NCBI GenBank assembly: GCA_963745835.1
Contig: CAVUZH010000018.1
Span: 256,001-320,000, forward strand
DNA length: 64,000 nt
From: an uncultured delta proteobacterium
GTDB lineage: Bacteria; Desulfobacterota; Binatia; UBA9968
Direction of reading: 5' to 3'
Of this stretch, positions 41,056 through 51,604 are shown piece after piece. The notes below the pieces were generated by a model. That model was not told the DNA's origin. It did no database searches and worked only from the letters and a program-made list of their open reading frames with translations. A program made the position numbers and the translations under genes. Numbering within the stretch: the first letter of the stretch is position 1; the number at the start of each line of letters is the position of its first letter.

Positions 41056-41805
41056 ATGTCGGCAACGCAATCTCTGACATTTGGGAATCTAGAGCCTTCG
41101 ATCTACGGCACGGCCGCCGTCACGCAGCGAAGATCAAGAGCGACTAACCGATCCCTATACCGCCAAAGATTAGCTTTCGATGAAGCACTTCTCATCGAGC
41201 GTTTGAAGGCGGGCGATTCGGAGGCTCTGGAAACAATTTTCAACACCTACTCGAAGAAACTTTACAATGTGGCGCTGCCGATTCTTGGCGAGGCCGCCGA
41301 CACCCAGGAAGTGATCCAGGATGTCTTCTGGACGGTGTTTCGCAAGGCCCAATCGTTTCGAGGTGATTCGCAATTCTCGACTCGGCTTTACCGGCTCACG
41401 GTCAACGCGGCGTTGGGCAAGATCCGCCGGGGCAAGAAAAATAAGGAAGTTGGATAAGAAGAGTTCCTGCCCAAGTTTCGAAAAGACGGCCATCATCGGG
41501 TCTGGCCGGTAGTCGATTGGTCGGATACCTTCGATGAAAAGTACGCCAGATGCGAGATGCGAAAGCTGCTTGCTAACGCTTTAGAACAATTGAGTCCGAT
41601 CGACAAAACTGTAACCGTCCTCAGCGATCTCGAAGGACTGTCCGCCAAAGAAATCGCCACGGCAGTGGGCCTGACGGTTTCAGCCGTGAAAAGCAGGCTA
41701 CATCGTGCTCGTCTTTATCTCCGAGGAAGAGTGTTCCAAGCGCGGCTGAACGGCAACTCATCCTCTGTAGTGGAGGCTATAAATCATGAAGATAACGGAA
41801 AGTAA
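41056..41805 (+). pseudogene. ECF sigma factor with in-frame TAA at 41455-41457
   Basis: EVIQDVF..FRGDSQFST region 2, then EVG*EEFLPKF, then in-frame region 4 KEIA..AVKSRLHRAR. Confidence 0.85.
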
Positions 41806-41859
41806 TCGTGCCATTTTGAATGGTATTTATTATGGTGGCGTTCAACGGAATATTTCCTA

Positions 41860-42223
41860 TCTGTAAACGGACTTTTTATGCTGATCGCTCCATTGGTGTG
41901 GTATGATTGTGTCCCCGGTGTGATCGACACTGGTTTGTTTAATCAGCACTTCATCCGCATATTGGCATTATTCAGCTGTTCCTCGGCTTCGCTTTTGGCG
42001 TCGGTATGATCCGACCGGACCGCCGCATTGGGCTGTGGGTCGCCGCGACCTTGTGGCTCATCGCCCATGCCGTTTTCCATCTGTGGGAAGTTGTCGTCGG
42101 TATCTGCGCTCCATTGGTAATTCCCCGAAGTTTCCTGCTGTCAGCCTGCCGGCGATCATCGAGGCAGTCCTTACCCTCTGGGCAATCAATCATTCGGGCG
42201 CCGAGAGAGCCGCATCCGCCTGA
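41860..42223 (+). pseudogene. Membrane protein with multiple frameshifts
   Basis: NGLFMLIAPLVWY..PGVIDTGLFNQHFIR / IGIIQLF..AHAVFHLWE / FPAVSLPAII. Confidence 0.7.
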
Positions 42224-42434
42224 GATCACGCGAGGTTGCTATTCTAACTGAAGCGTCAGCAGAACTTATGGCTCAGACAAACCATCAGACAGGTGCGCTG
42301 CCCAAGTCTCTGGGACGGGCGGAAATTTGAGGGGCGATATTATGCGGCCCTCCAGCGTGAGCTGCATGCGGTGGCGCACAGAGCGAAATGTACTGATCTT
42401 ATCGTCTGATCTTTAATTCAGATGGGAGAGAGGA

Positions 42435-42893
42435 ATGGGAGAAGCTAAGACTGTTCTTGAGTCGATCTCAAGAATTGAATATTACCAGATAATCCGTTCT
42501 CAAATTGAACATGAAGATAATCTGATCAATCAACGACTGAGCTGGTTCCTTGCTGCCCAGGCGTTTCTCTTTTCTGCATACGCGATACTCCTCAATGCCC
42601 CGTCGCAGGTACGTCTGCAAAGGTTCGCTACACAACAAGAAATTCTTTTTACTCTCATTCCGCTGGTCGCCATTGGTGCGAGCATTCTCATTTATGTAAC
42701 CGTCTTTGCGGCAATGTTGGCGATGGCTAACTTAAGACGCCTCCTGGAAGGCCATATGAACGAGGAGGAGAGCGCCTTATTGCCTCCAGTTCAGGGGTAC
42801 AGACAAACTTTACTCCTCGGGCAGGCCTCGCCAATCTTAATACCATTCCTTTTTATGATTAGCTGGATAGCGCTTTTGATTAAAAGCTCATAA
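42435..42893 (+). CDS. Hypothetical three-TM membrane protein
   Basis: Clean ORF with RBS; HEDNLINQRLSWFL followed by hydrophobic segments. Confidence 0.75.
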   Translation: MGEAKTVLESISRIEYYQIIRSQIEHEDNLINQRLSWFLAAQAFLFSAYAILLNAPSQVRLQRFATQQEILFTLIPLVAIGASILIYVTVFAAMLAMANLRRLLEGHMNEEESALLPPVQGYRQTLLLGQASPILIPFLFMISWIALLIKSS

Positions 42894-43077
42894 CGATCTT
42901 GGATATGCGCAGGTCACTCGCATGAGACGTGGCTGAGGAGTCGAAATGAGAGAGCGATGGTACTATTCCACCGAGGGACGCCCGTATGGTGCAATTTGGA
43001 GGGAGGAGTGGATTTAACAAATAGTGAGAACTGGACTACCTCATAAGTGCAAGATTATTGCTTGAGAAATCCGCAGC

Positions 43078-43290
43078 AGACGTGTGCTCGGGCCCCGTGC
43101 TGATGGAGGTTACTATCTGGTCGGCTTGAATTGCGTGAACACGATTATCTTCAAGGGTATCCGTTGGAGCTGCAGCGATGTTCTCGCCCAGAAGATTCAG
43201 AAACTCGCCGATCTCGGTCTCAAACACGAGCTTCTCTCCGAATGGTATGATATCGATACAGGAAAAGATCTAGAGCGCTTGCAGTCATAG
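43078..43290 (+). pseudogene. C-terminal fragment of a second TIGR04282 transferase
   Basis: VLGPRADGGYYLVG..WS..VL..WYDIDTGKDLERL; no N-terminal half visible. Confidence 0.8.
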
Positions 43291-43479
43291 GCAAAGTGTC
43301 GTGAAGTTGCGATGAAAAACACCTTCGCTCTATTGAACGAGCTTAGGCAGCGAGGCAGACTGTAATCAGAGGCTGCAGTGGATGTAATAGCTCTGCTTCT
43401 GGCAGTCCCACCCTCCGTTTCCAGCTTATGATTTCCGTCGGCGCGGTTGTGTCTGTGACGGCGGCGAGGAGAGTTAGCA

Positions 43480-45528
43480 ATGCAAAACAAAACCGACGCG
43501 CTGTGCGTCAACACGATCCGCATGCTGTCGGTGGATGCCGTCGAAAAGGCGAAGTCAGGCCATCCGGGCGCGCCAATGGGCCTTGCGCCGGTCGCTTACG
43601 TTCTATGGTCCCGCTTCCTCAGACACAATCCGAAAAATCCCTCGTGGCCGGATCGTGACCGTTTCGTCTTGTCAGCCGGGCACGGCTCCATGCTGCTCTA
43701 TAGCATGCTTCATCTTACCGGTTACAATCTGCCGCTCGATCAAATCAAGCAGTTTCGCCAATGGGGCAGCCTCACGCCGGGACATCCTGAACGCGAACTG
43801 ACTCCCGGAGTGGAAGTCACCACCGGACCGCTCGGACAAGGGTTCGGTAACGGTGTCGGAATGGCGATCGCGGAGGCGTATCTCGCGGCGCGCTACAATC
43901 GGCCCGGACTCGAGATCATCAACCATTTTACTTATGGCATCGTCAGCGACGGCGACTTGATGGAAGGCGTCGCCGCGGAGGCCGCCAGCATGGCGGGCCA
44001 TTTGAGGCTCGGAAAATTAATCTATCTTTATGACGACAACCGAATATCGCTTGCCGCATCCACCGATCTGACGTTTACCGAAGACGTCGGCAAAAGGTTT
44101 GAAGCGTACGGCTGGCACACGCAATCGATAGAAGACGGCAACGATCTGGACGCTGTCGAGCGGGCTCTGAACGGAGCTCGCAACGAGAGCAGCCGGCCGT
44201 CGCTGATCTTGGTGCGCACGCATATCGGCTTCGGTTCGCCGGGCAAGCAAGATTCCTTCGAGGCGCACGGCTCGCCTCTGGGCTCAGAGGAAACAAAACT
44301 GACCAAGCAAAAGCTCGGTTGGCCGCCTGAGCCCTTTCATCTTCCGGAAGAGGCATTGGCCCGTTTTCGCGAGGCGGTTACCCGGGGCCCAAAATCTGAA
44401 GCCGATTGGAACGAGCGATTCGCCGCTTATAAAAAAGCATTTCCCGAGCTAGGCAGAGAGCTGGAGCAAGCGCTGCGCGGCGAACTGCCGGCAGGCTGGG
44501 ACGCGGCGATTCCGGAGTTTCCTGCGGACCCGAAAGGACTGGCGACGCGCGCCGCCTCCGGGAAAATTCTCAATGCGATCGCGCCCAAGCTGCCGACGTT
44601 GATCGGCGGTTCTGCCGATTTGAATCCGTCGACTTTCACTGCGCTTGCTAATTTGGGCGACTTCGAAAATCCCCAAGGAGATTTCTCGAAAAGCCAGGGC
44701 CTGACCGGCGGAAGCTGCAGTTACGCCGGCCGCAACCTGCATTTCGGCGTGCGCGAGCACGGCATGGGCGCGGCCGTGAACGGCATGGCGGCGCATGGCG
44801 GCATCATTCCGTTTGGTTCGACGTTCCTGATTTTCTCAGACTATCTGCGCCCGTCAATGAGGCTTGCCGCTTTGATGGAGCTTGGTGTTATTTACGTATT
44901 CACGCACGATAGCATCGGCGTCGGCGAGGATGGCCCGACGCATCAACCGATTGAGCAACTCGCCGCTTTGCGCGCAATACCGCGGTTGGTGTTAATTCGT
45001 CCGGGCGACGCCAACGAAACCGCCATAGCTTGGAGCGTTGCTATCGAGACCCGCAACCGGCCGGTCGCGTTGGCACTGTCGCGGCAGAACGTGCCGACCC
45101 TCGATCGAACAAAGTATACTGCGGCAGCCGGCGTTCGCCGGGGCGCCTACGTCTTGGCCGATCCGCCCGAGGGCAGACCGGATATGGTATTAATCGGTAC
45201 TGGATCGGAACTGTCGCTGGTGGTAGCCGCTCGGGAAAAACTGCTGGAACAGAAAATCAATGCCCGCGTTGTTTCGATGCCCAGCTGGGAGATCTTTGAT
45301 GACCAGCCACAGGATTATCGTGAGTTCGTCCTGCCGCCCAATATCCGCGCGCGGCTCGCTGTCGAAGCCGCGTTGCCGTTAGGTTGGCATCGTTACGTGG
45401 GCGACGGCGGCGACGTACTCGCTATCGAGCGCTTTGGCGCGTCGGCTCCGGGCAATATCGTCATGGAGAAATTTGGTTTCACTGTCGATCATGTCGTCGA
45501 GCGCGCCCGCGCACTGATAGGGAAATAA
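43480..45528 (+). CDS. tkt: Transketolase
   Basis: [33 protein letters not shown]. Confidence 0.98.
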   Translation: MQNKTDALCVNTIRMLSVDAVEKAKSGHPGAPMGLAPVAYVLWSRFLRHNPKNPSWPDRDRFVLSAGHGSMLLYSMLHLTGYNLPLDQIKQFRQWGSLTPGHPERELTPGVEVTTGPLGQGFGNGVGMAIAEAYLAARYNRPGLEIINHFTYGIVSDGDLMEGVAAEAASMAGHLRLGKLIYLYDDNRISLAASTDLTFTEDVGKRFEAYGWHTQSIEDGNDLDAVERALNGARNESSRPSLILVRTHIGFGSPGKQDSFEAHGSPLGSEETKLTKQKLGWPPEPFHLPEEALARFREAVTRGPKSEADWNERFAAYKKAFPELGRELEQALRGELPAGWDAAIPEFPADPKGLATRAASGKILNAIAPKLPTLIGGSADLNPSTFTALANLGDFENPQGDFSKSQGLTGGSCSYAGRNLHFGVREHGMGAAVNGMAAHGGIIPFGSTFLIFSDYLRPSMRLAALMELGVIYVFTHDSIGVGEDGPTHQPIEQLAALRAIPRLVLIRPGDANETAIAWSVAIETRNRPVALALSRQNVPTLDRTKYTAAAGVRRGAYVLADPPEGRPDMVLIGTGSELSLVVAAREKLLEQKINARVVSMPSWEIFDDQPQDYREFVLPPNIRARLAVEAALPLGWHRYVGDGGDVLAIERFGASAPGNIVMEKFGFTVDHVVERARALIGK

Positions 45529-45529
45529 C

Positions 45530-45985
45530 ATGCGCGTGGCGATCGGCGCCGATCATGCCGGCTTTCAATTAAAGCAGCTTGTCAGCGAGCACTTGCGATC
45601 GGCAGGGCACGCCATCATCGACGTCGGCACAGCCAGTGACGCGCCGGTCGATTATCCAGACTATGCCGAAGCATTGGCGAAAATCGTTCTCGACGGCAGA
45701 GCCGAGCGCGGCGTGCTCATTTGCGGCAGCGGTGTCGGCGCTTCGGTTGCCGCCAACAAAATCCCCGGCATTCGCGCCGGCCTTTGTCACGACAGCTATT
45801 CCGCGCGCCAGGGCGTCGAGCATGATGAGATAAACGTTCTGGTTCTCGGAGCTCGCGTCATCGGCAGCGCGCTGGCAAAAGAGCTGGTGGATCGGTTTCT
45901 GGCGGCGCAATTTAGTCGCGAAGAACGCCATCGGCGCCGGGTCGAAAAGATCAAAGCGCTGGAGCAGCGCTACCAAAAATCCTAA
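45530..45985 (+). CDS. rpiB: Ribose-5-phosphate isomerase B
   Basis: GADHAG, DYPD, CGSGVG, RHRRRV. Confidence 0.97.
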   Translation: MRVAIGADHAGFQLKQLVSEHLRSAGHAIIDVGTASDAPVDYPDYAEALAKIVLDGRAERGVLICGSGVGASVAANKIPGIRAGLCHDSYSARQGVEHDEINVLVLGARVIGSALAKELVDRFLAAQFSREERHRRRVEKIKALEQRYQKS

Positions 45986-45996
45986 GGAGAGAGTCG

Positions 45997-48756
45997 ATGA
46001 ATCCTTTAAGAGAGCTTTTGAATCAGAGCCAATCGGTATGGCTCGATTTCATTAGCCGTCAGTTGATCCGCAGCGGCGAGTTGAAACGTCTTGTGGAAGA
46101 GGACGGTTTGCGCGGTGTCACCAGTAATCCGACAATCTTCGAGAAAGCGATCGGCGGCAGCGCCGATTACGATGACAGCTTGAAGGAAATGCTGGCGCAG
46201 GATCGCAAGACTCCGGTTGGGCAGTTGTACGAACGAATCGCCATCGAAGACATACAGGCGGCGGCCGACGTCCTTCGTCCGGTTTACGACCAGACCAGCG
46301 GCGCCGACGGATACGTCAGTCTCGAAGTTTCGCCCCATCTAGCGCGCGACACGCAAGCGACGATTGCCGAGGCCAAGCGGCTCAACAGTTCGGTCGGTCG
46401 GCCCAACGTGATGATTAAAGTTCCGGCGACACGAGAGGGAATTCCGGCTATCGAGGAGCTCATTGCCGGCGGGATCAATGTAAATATCACATTGATGTTT
46501 TCGCTGGCGCATTACGAGGCGGTGGCGCACGCCTACATCAAAGGCCTGGAGCGTTGCGCCGATCCGGCTAAAGTGGCTTCGGTCGCGTCTTTCTTCGTCA
46601 GCCGGGTCGATACCATGGTCGACCGCGAGCTCGAGAAGCTCGGCACACCAGAGGCAAAGTCTTGCCTCGGTAAAATCGCCATCGCCAATTCCAAAGTCGT
46701 CTATCAACGCTTCCGCGAGATTTTTCATGGCGAGGGCTTTGTCGCGCTGCGGCAACGCGGCGCGCGAGTCCAACGGCCGTTATGGGCGAGCACCGGCACT
46801 AAAAATCCCAACTACTCGGACGTGCTCTATGTCGAGAATCTGATCGGCCCCGAGACCGTAAACACATTGCCCGTAGAGACGTTGAACGCCTTCAAAGATC
46901 ACGGCCGGGCTTCGGATGCCACGGTGCGCCAGGGACTCGATGAAGCGGCTAACGCGCTGGCGCAGTTAAAAAAGCTAGGCATCGATCTCAATGCGATTGC
47001 CGAAAAGCTCCAGGTCGACGGCGTTGCCGCGTTCGCGACTTCGTTCGATTCTTTGATGTCCACCTTGGAGAAAAAGCGCGCCTCCCTGGCCGGTATCGAA
47101 TTGAATCGTCAGGATCTGCATCTGGGCAAACTGCAGAGCCGCGTCGATCGGCGGCTCAAGAGTTGGCAGGCGCAACAATTCGGCAGCAGGCTATGGAAAA
47201 AGGATCCGACGATTTGGTCCGCCGACCCGGTTGCGGAGCTGACCGACCGTTTGGGCTGGCTCGAGATGCCCGAGTCGATGCAGCAGCAAGTTGAGGCATT
47301 GCGTCAATTCGCCGAAAGAGCCAAGGCTGATGGCATAGGTCACGTTGTGGTCCTCGGAATGGGCGGCTCGAGCCTGGCACCCGAAGTCTTCCAGCGCAGC
47401 TTCGGCAATCAACCCAATTATCCGGCCTTGATGGTCCTGGACAGTACCCATCCGGCGGCGGTTAAAGCGCTCGAAGCCAAGATCGATTTAGACCGCACTC
47501 TGTTTTTAGTCTCGAGCAAGTCCGGCACGACAACCGAAACGAATTCTTTTTTCTACTATTTCTGGGAGAAATTAAAGCAGCTGAAGCCGGAACCGGGCGA
47601 GCATTTCGCGGCCATCACCGATCCCGGCACGCCGCTTGAAAAAATGGCCGGCGAGCGCAAGTTCCGCGCGGTTTTTACCGCACCCGAAGACATCGGCGGC
47701 CGCTACTCGGCATTGACGGTTTTCGGACTCGTGCCGGCGGCGCTGATCGGCCTGGATGTGGGCGATATTTTAAAGCGCGCGCGCCATATGAGCCAAGCGT
47801 GCGCCGGCACCGTGCCGGAGCCGGAGAATCCCGGCCTGGTGCTCGGCGCCGCACTGGCGGAGTTGACTTTAGCTAAACGCGACAAGATAACTTTTCTCTG
47901 CTCGCCTTCTCTGACCGCATTCCCCACATGGATCGAGCAACTGATTGCCGAGAGCACTGGCAAAGATCGTAAAGGGATCGTGCCGGTTGCCGGGGAGAAA
48001 CTCGGCGCGCCCGAGAAGTATGGCTCCGACCGCGCATTTGTGTATCTAAGATATGAGTCTGATGAAAACCATGAGCTCGATCGCCAAGTGGCGGGATTGC
48101 AAGCCAACGGTCATCCGGTTTTGCGAATCGAGATCATTGAAAAGACTGATCTCGCCCAGGAATTTTTCCGCTGGGAGCTTGCTATCGCCGCCGCCGGATC
48201 AGCGCTTGGGATTCATCCGTTTAACCAACCGGACGTTCAGTTGGCCAAGGATCTTGCAACAAAGGCGATGAGTGAAGCTCGCGGCGGAAGCAGAAGAGGA
48301 GCCAGGCTGAAAGAGGAAATTTCCGCGTCGGATGATGCGGCAATGCAGCAGGCGGTTTCGTCGTGGGCGAGCAAGGCCAAAGCGCGCGATTATGTGTCCG
48401 TTCAGGCCTATATCAGTCCGACACCGGAACATGATGTCGCGCTGCAGAGCATCAGTGAATCGCTGCGCAACCGGCTCGGCACGGCGGTTACGGTGGGTTA
48501 TGGTCCGCGTTTCCTTCACTCGACCGGGCAGCTGCACAAAGGCGGCCCGAACACTGTGCTGGTTCTGCAAATTGTCGATCAGCCTACCGATGATGTGCCT
48601 GTGCCTGAAACCGATTATACATTCGGCGCGCTGATCGAGGCCCAGGCTCTAGGCGATTTTACCGCTTTGAAACAACGGCGCCGTCGCGCTCTTCGAATCA
48701 ACTTGGGCAGTGACACGAAATCCGGATTGCAACGTTTAGGCGAAGCGCTGCGGTGA
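45997..48756 (+). CDS. Bifunctional transaldolase/phosphoglucose isomerase
   Basis: GVTSNPTIF, LWASTGTK; GMGGSSL, SKSGTT, GGRYS, HSTGQLHKGG. Confidence 0.95.
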   Translation: MNPLRELLNQSQSVWLDFISRQLIRSGELKRLVEEDGLRGVTSNPTIFEKAIGGSADYDDSLKEMLAQDRKTPVGQLYERIAIEDIQAAADVLRPVYDQTSGADGYVSLEVSPHLARDTQATIAEAKRLNSSVGRPNVMIKVPATREGIPAIEELIAGGINVNITLMFSLAHYEAVAHAYIKGLERCADPAKVASVASFFVSRVDTMVDRELEKLGTPEAKSCLGKIAIANSKVVYQRFREIFHGEGFVALRQRGARVQRPLWASTGTKNPNYSDVLYVENLIGPETVNTLPVETLNAFKDHGRASDATVRQGLDEAANALAQLKKLGIDLNAIAEKLQVDGVAAFATSFDSLMSTLEKKRASLAGIELNRQDLHLGKLQSRVDRRLKSWQAQQFGSRLWKKDPTIWSADPVAELTDRLGWLEMPESMQQQVEALRQFAERAKADGIGHVVVLGMGGSSLAPEVFQRSFGNQPNYPALMVLDSTHPAAVKALEAKIDLDRTLFLVSSKSGTTTETNSFFYYFWEKLKQLKPEPGEHFAAITDPGTPLEKMAGERKFRAVFTAPEDIGGRYSALTVFGLVPAALIGLDVGDILKRARHMSQACAGTVPEPENPGLVLGAALAELTLAKRDKITFLCSPSLTAFPTWIEQLIAESTGKDRKGIVPVAGEKLGAPEKYGSDRAFVYLRYESDENHELDRQVAGLQANGHPVLRIEIIEKTDLAQEFFRWELAIAAAGSALGIHPFNQPDVQLAKDLATKAMSEARGGSRRGARLKEEISASDDAAMQQAVSSWASKAKARDYVSVQAYISPTPEHDVALQSISESLRNRLGTAVTVGYGPRFLHSTGQLHKGGPNTVLVLQIVDQPTDDVPVPETDYTFGALIEAQALGDFTALKQRRRRALRINLGSDTKSGLQRLGEALR

Positions 48757-48944
48757 TAGGCAGCGACCTGTCACCGCACGTGTTCGTGGTCGTATGTAAC
48801 GTGACCGTAAAATCCGAGAGATTCAGATCCACGAATGTCAATGAGAACGCGCGTGCAGGACTTTATGGTGACTGATCTGGAAGTCGAAAATCATATTTCA
48901 TCTTTCCGCTTTCATGCTTCATCATTTTTAACGGGAGAGTGGCA

Positions 48945-49841
48945 ATGGAATTAGGCATGATCGGGCTGGGGCGGATGGGCGCCAACATGACCGAGCGCCT
49001 GTTACGAGGCGGCCACAAGCTGATTACATACGACCGTAGCCCTGAGGCGATCCAGCGATGCGTCGACAAAGGCGCGTTCGGCGCGCATTCGCTGGCCGAC
49101 TTAGTCAAGCAAGTGAGTTTGCCGCGCGTCATCTGGCTGATGGTGCCATCCGGCGAGCCGGTTGATCTCACCATCGAGCAGCTGCTTCCCAGTCTGCTCG
49201 AGAACGACATCATCATCGATGGCGGCAACTCACATTACAAAGATTCCATCCGGCGCGCCGAAAAACTAAAACAACTGGGCATTCACTTCGTCGACGCCGG
49301 CACCAGCGGCGGCATCTGGGGTTTGCAAGAAGGTTACTGTCTGATGATCGGTGGCGAAAAAGCGATCGTCGACCAGCTCGAGCCGATTTTCAAGACATTG
49401 GCGCCGGAGAATGGCTTCGCTCACGTCGGCGCCAGCGGCGCAGGACATTTCGTTAAAATGGTTCACAACGGCATCGAGTACGGCATGCTGCAAGCGTATG
49501 GCGAAGGCTTCGAGATGTTGAAAGCCTCCCAGTTCGAGTTCGATCTGGGAAAAATTGCGCATCTATGGAATGAAGGCAGTGTGGTGCGTTCATGGTTATT
49601 GGAGTTGGCAGAAAATGCATTTCAAAAAGATCCCCAGCTCTCGTCCATCAAAGGCTACGTCGAAGATTCCGGCGAGGGCCGCTGGGCAGTGCTCGAAGCG
49701 GTAGAGCGGGAGATTCCAGCTTCAATTCTGACGCTCTCTCTCTTTGCCCGGTACGCCTCGCGCCAGGAGGATTCTTTTTCCGCTAAGGTGATCGCCGCTC
49801 TACGAAACGAGTTTGGCGGCCATGCCGTAAAAAAGGAGTAA
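48945..49841 (+). CDS. gnd: 6-phosphogluconate dehydrogenase (short type)
   Basis: GLGRMG, KMVHNGIEY, LRNEFGGH. Confidence 0.97.
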   Translation: MELGMIGLGRMGANMTERLLRGGHKLITYDRSPEAIQRCVDKGAFGAHSLADLVKQVSLPRVIWLMVPSGEPVDLTIEQLLPSLLENDIIIDGGNSHYKDSIRRAEKLKQLGIHFVDAGTSGGIWGLQEGYCLMIGGEKAIVDQLEPIFKTLAPENGFAHVGASGAGHFVKMVHNGIEYGMLQAYGEGFEMLKASQFEFDLGKIAHLWNEGSVVRSWLLELAENAFQKDPQLSSIKGYVEDSGEGRWAVLEAVEREIPASILTLSLFARYASRQEDSFSAKVIAALRNEFGGHAVKKE

Positions 49842-49847
49842 CTTTCC

Positions 49848-51416
49848 ATGGCAAGCGATCCGCAGGACTATGTTCCGAGCGGTTTCAGTCAAACGAAAAA
49901 ACCCCATTCGTGCGTGCTGGTTATTTTCGGCGCTTCCGGCGATTTGACCAAGCGGAAGCTGATACCTGCCTTGTACAATCTCGCGTTGGAAAGGCGCTTG
50001 CCGGAACGCTTCTCGGTGGTCGGTTTCGCGCGCAGCGACATGAGCGACGGCGACTTCCGCAACAAAATGCGCGAAGCGGTGAGCGAGTTTTCGCGCACCG
50101 GACTGAAGGATGAACAGGTGTGGCAACAGTTTGCCTCAACGCTCTATTACGTTCGCGGTGATTATAACGAGTCCGGCGCATACCAGCGTCTCAAGAGCAT
50201 GATTGACGGCTTCGATCGCGGCAGCCGTGTCCTGCCGGTGCGGGTTTTTTATTTAGCCATGCCGCCTGATTTGTACGCTCCGGTAATCGAGCGCATGGCC
50301 GCGGTTGGGTTAGCTCCGAAGGAAAGCGAGGGCACCGCGCGGACTCGGGTGGTTATCGAAAAGCCGTTCGGCAGCGACCTCGAATCGGCGCGCGAGCTCA
50401 ACCGGCGCGTGCATGAGGCGCTGGATGAAAAACAGGTCTATCGAATCGATCATTATCTCGGCAAAGAAACCGTGCAGAACATCATGGTACTCCGCTTTGC
50501 CAATGCGGTGTTCGAGCCGATCTGGAATCGGCGCTACGTCGATCATGTGCAAATTACCGCCGCCGAAACGGTCGGCGTGGAAACCCGCGGAGGGTACTAC
50601 GACAAAGCCGGCGTTGTCCGCGACATGTTTCAAAATCATCTGTTGCAGCTTGCTTGTCTTACCGCTATGGAGCCGCCGGTAGGCTTTTCCGCCGACGCGG
50701 TACGAGATGAAAAGAGTAAGCTGCTTCGTGCCGTGCGCCCGATAACCGACGATCAAGTGGCGGTCCATGCGGTGCGCGGTCAGTACGGTCCGGGCCGAAT
50801 CAATGGTAAACCCGTGCCGGGTTATCGCGAAGAATCCGACGTCGCCAGAGATTCGTCGACGCCTACGTATGCGGCCATGAAACTCTTGATCGACAACTGG
50901 CGCTGGGAAGGAGTGCCCTTTTACTTGAGATCGGGTAAACGGCTGTTCAGGCGCGTGACCGAAATTGCCATCCAATTTAAGCGGCCTCCCTTGTTACTGT
51001 TCAAGTCCTGCGCTGTTGAGGACGTGACTCCCAATGTATTGGTGATCCGGATTCAGCCCGACGAAGGCGTGGCGCTTACGTTCGAAGTCAAACCGCCGGG
51101 ACCGGAAATCTGTGTGAGTCCGCTCAAACTCGATTTCAAGTACGAAGAGGCATTCGGCAACACTTCGCCAGAGGCATACGAGACCTTGCTCGAGGATTGT
51201 ATCGAAGGCGACTCCACCCTCTATACGCGGCACGACTGGGTGGAGTTGGCGTGGTTGCTCATGGATCCCGTGATAAAAACCTGGGACAGAATACAGCCGA
51301 ACGATTTTCCCAATTACGAGGCTGGTAGCTGGGGACCGAAGGACGCCGATGAATTCATGCAGCGCGACGGGCGACGCTGGCGGCGGCCGTTAAACAATAC
51401 CAATCAGCTTGCCTGA
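49848..51416 (+). CDS. zwf: Glucose-6-phosphate dehydrogenase
   Basis: GASGDL, EKPFG, RIDHYLGKE. Confidence 0.98.
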   Translation: MASDPQDYVPSGFSQTKKPHSCVLVIFGASGDLTKRKLIPALYNLALERRLPERFSVVGFARSDMSDGDFRNKMREAVSEFSRTGLKDEQVWQQFASTLYYVRGDYNESGAYQRLKSMIDGFDRGSRVLPVRVFYLAMPPDLYAPVIERMAAVGLAPKESEGTARTRVVIEKPFGSDLESARELNRRVHEALDEKQVYRIDHYLGKETVQNIMVLRFANAVFEPIWNRRYVDHVQITAAETVGVETRGGYYDKAGVVRDMFQNHLLQLACLTAMEPPVGFSADAVRDEKSKLLRAVRPITDDQVAVHAVRGQYGPGRINGKPVPGYREESDVARDSSTPTYAAMKLLIDNWRWEGVPFYLRSGKRLFRRVTEIAIQFKRPPLLLFKSCAVEDVTPNVLVIRIQPDEGVALTFEVKPPGPEICVSPLKLDFKYEEAFGNTSPEAYETLLEDCIEGDSTLYTRHDWVELAWLLMDPVIKTWDRIQPNDFPNYEAGSWGPKDADEFMQRDGRRWRRPLNNTNQLA

Positions 51417-51444
51417 TTCTTCAACATGCCTCTAAATATGACTC

Positions 51445-51600
51445 ATAGCAGTTTACTCGAAAACTCTGTTTGCAGGCTGCTCAAAAAAGATCTCAGCGGC
51501 GAGGCGGAAGAATGGGCGAGCAGAAGCGTCTTGCTCAGTACGTTGGTGCGAGGCGAACGAGGGCAACGAAGCATATGAGTCTTTTTCAGCAGTCTGATAC
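51445..51600 (+). mobile_element. MITE-like element, copy 4
   Basis: CAGGCTGCTCAAAAAAGATCTCAG...GCAACGAAGCATATGAGTCTTTTTCAGCAGTCTG. Confidence 0.75.
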
Positions 51601-51604
51601 AGAA

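Noticed and set aside
41455-41457. Recoded stop in the ECF sigma gene
   Set aside because: The stop is TAA, not a recoded codon, and neighbouring genes are decayed, so a nonsense mutation is more likely
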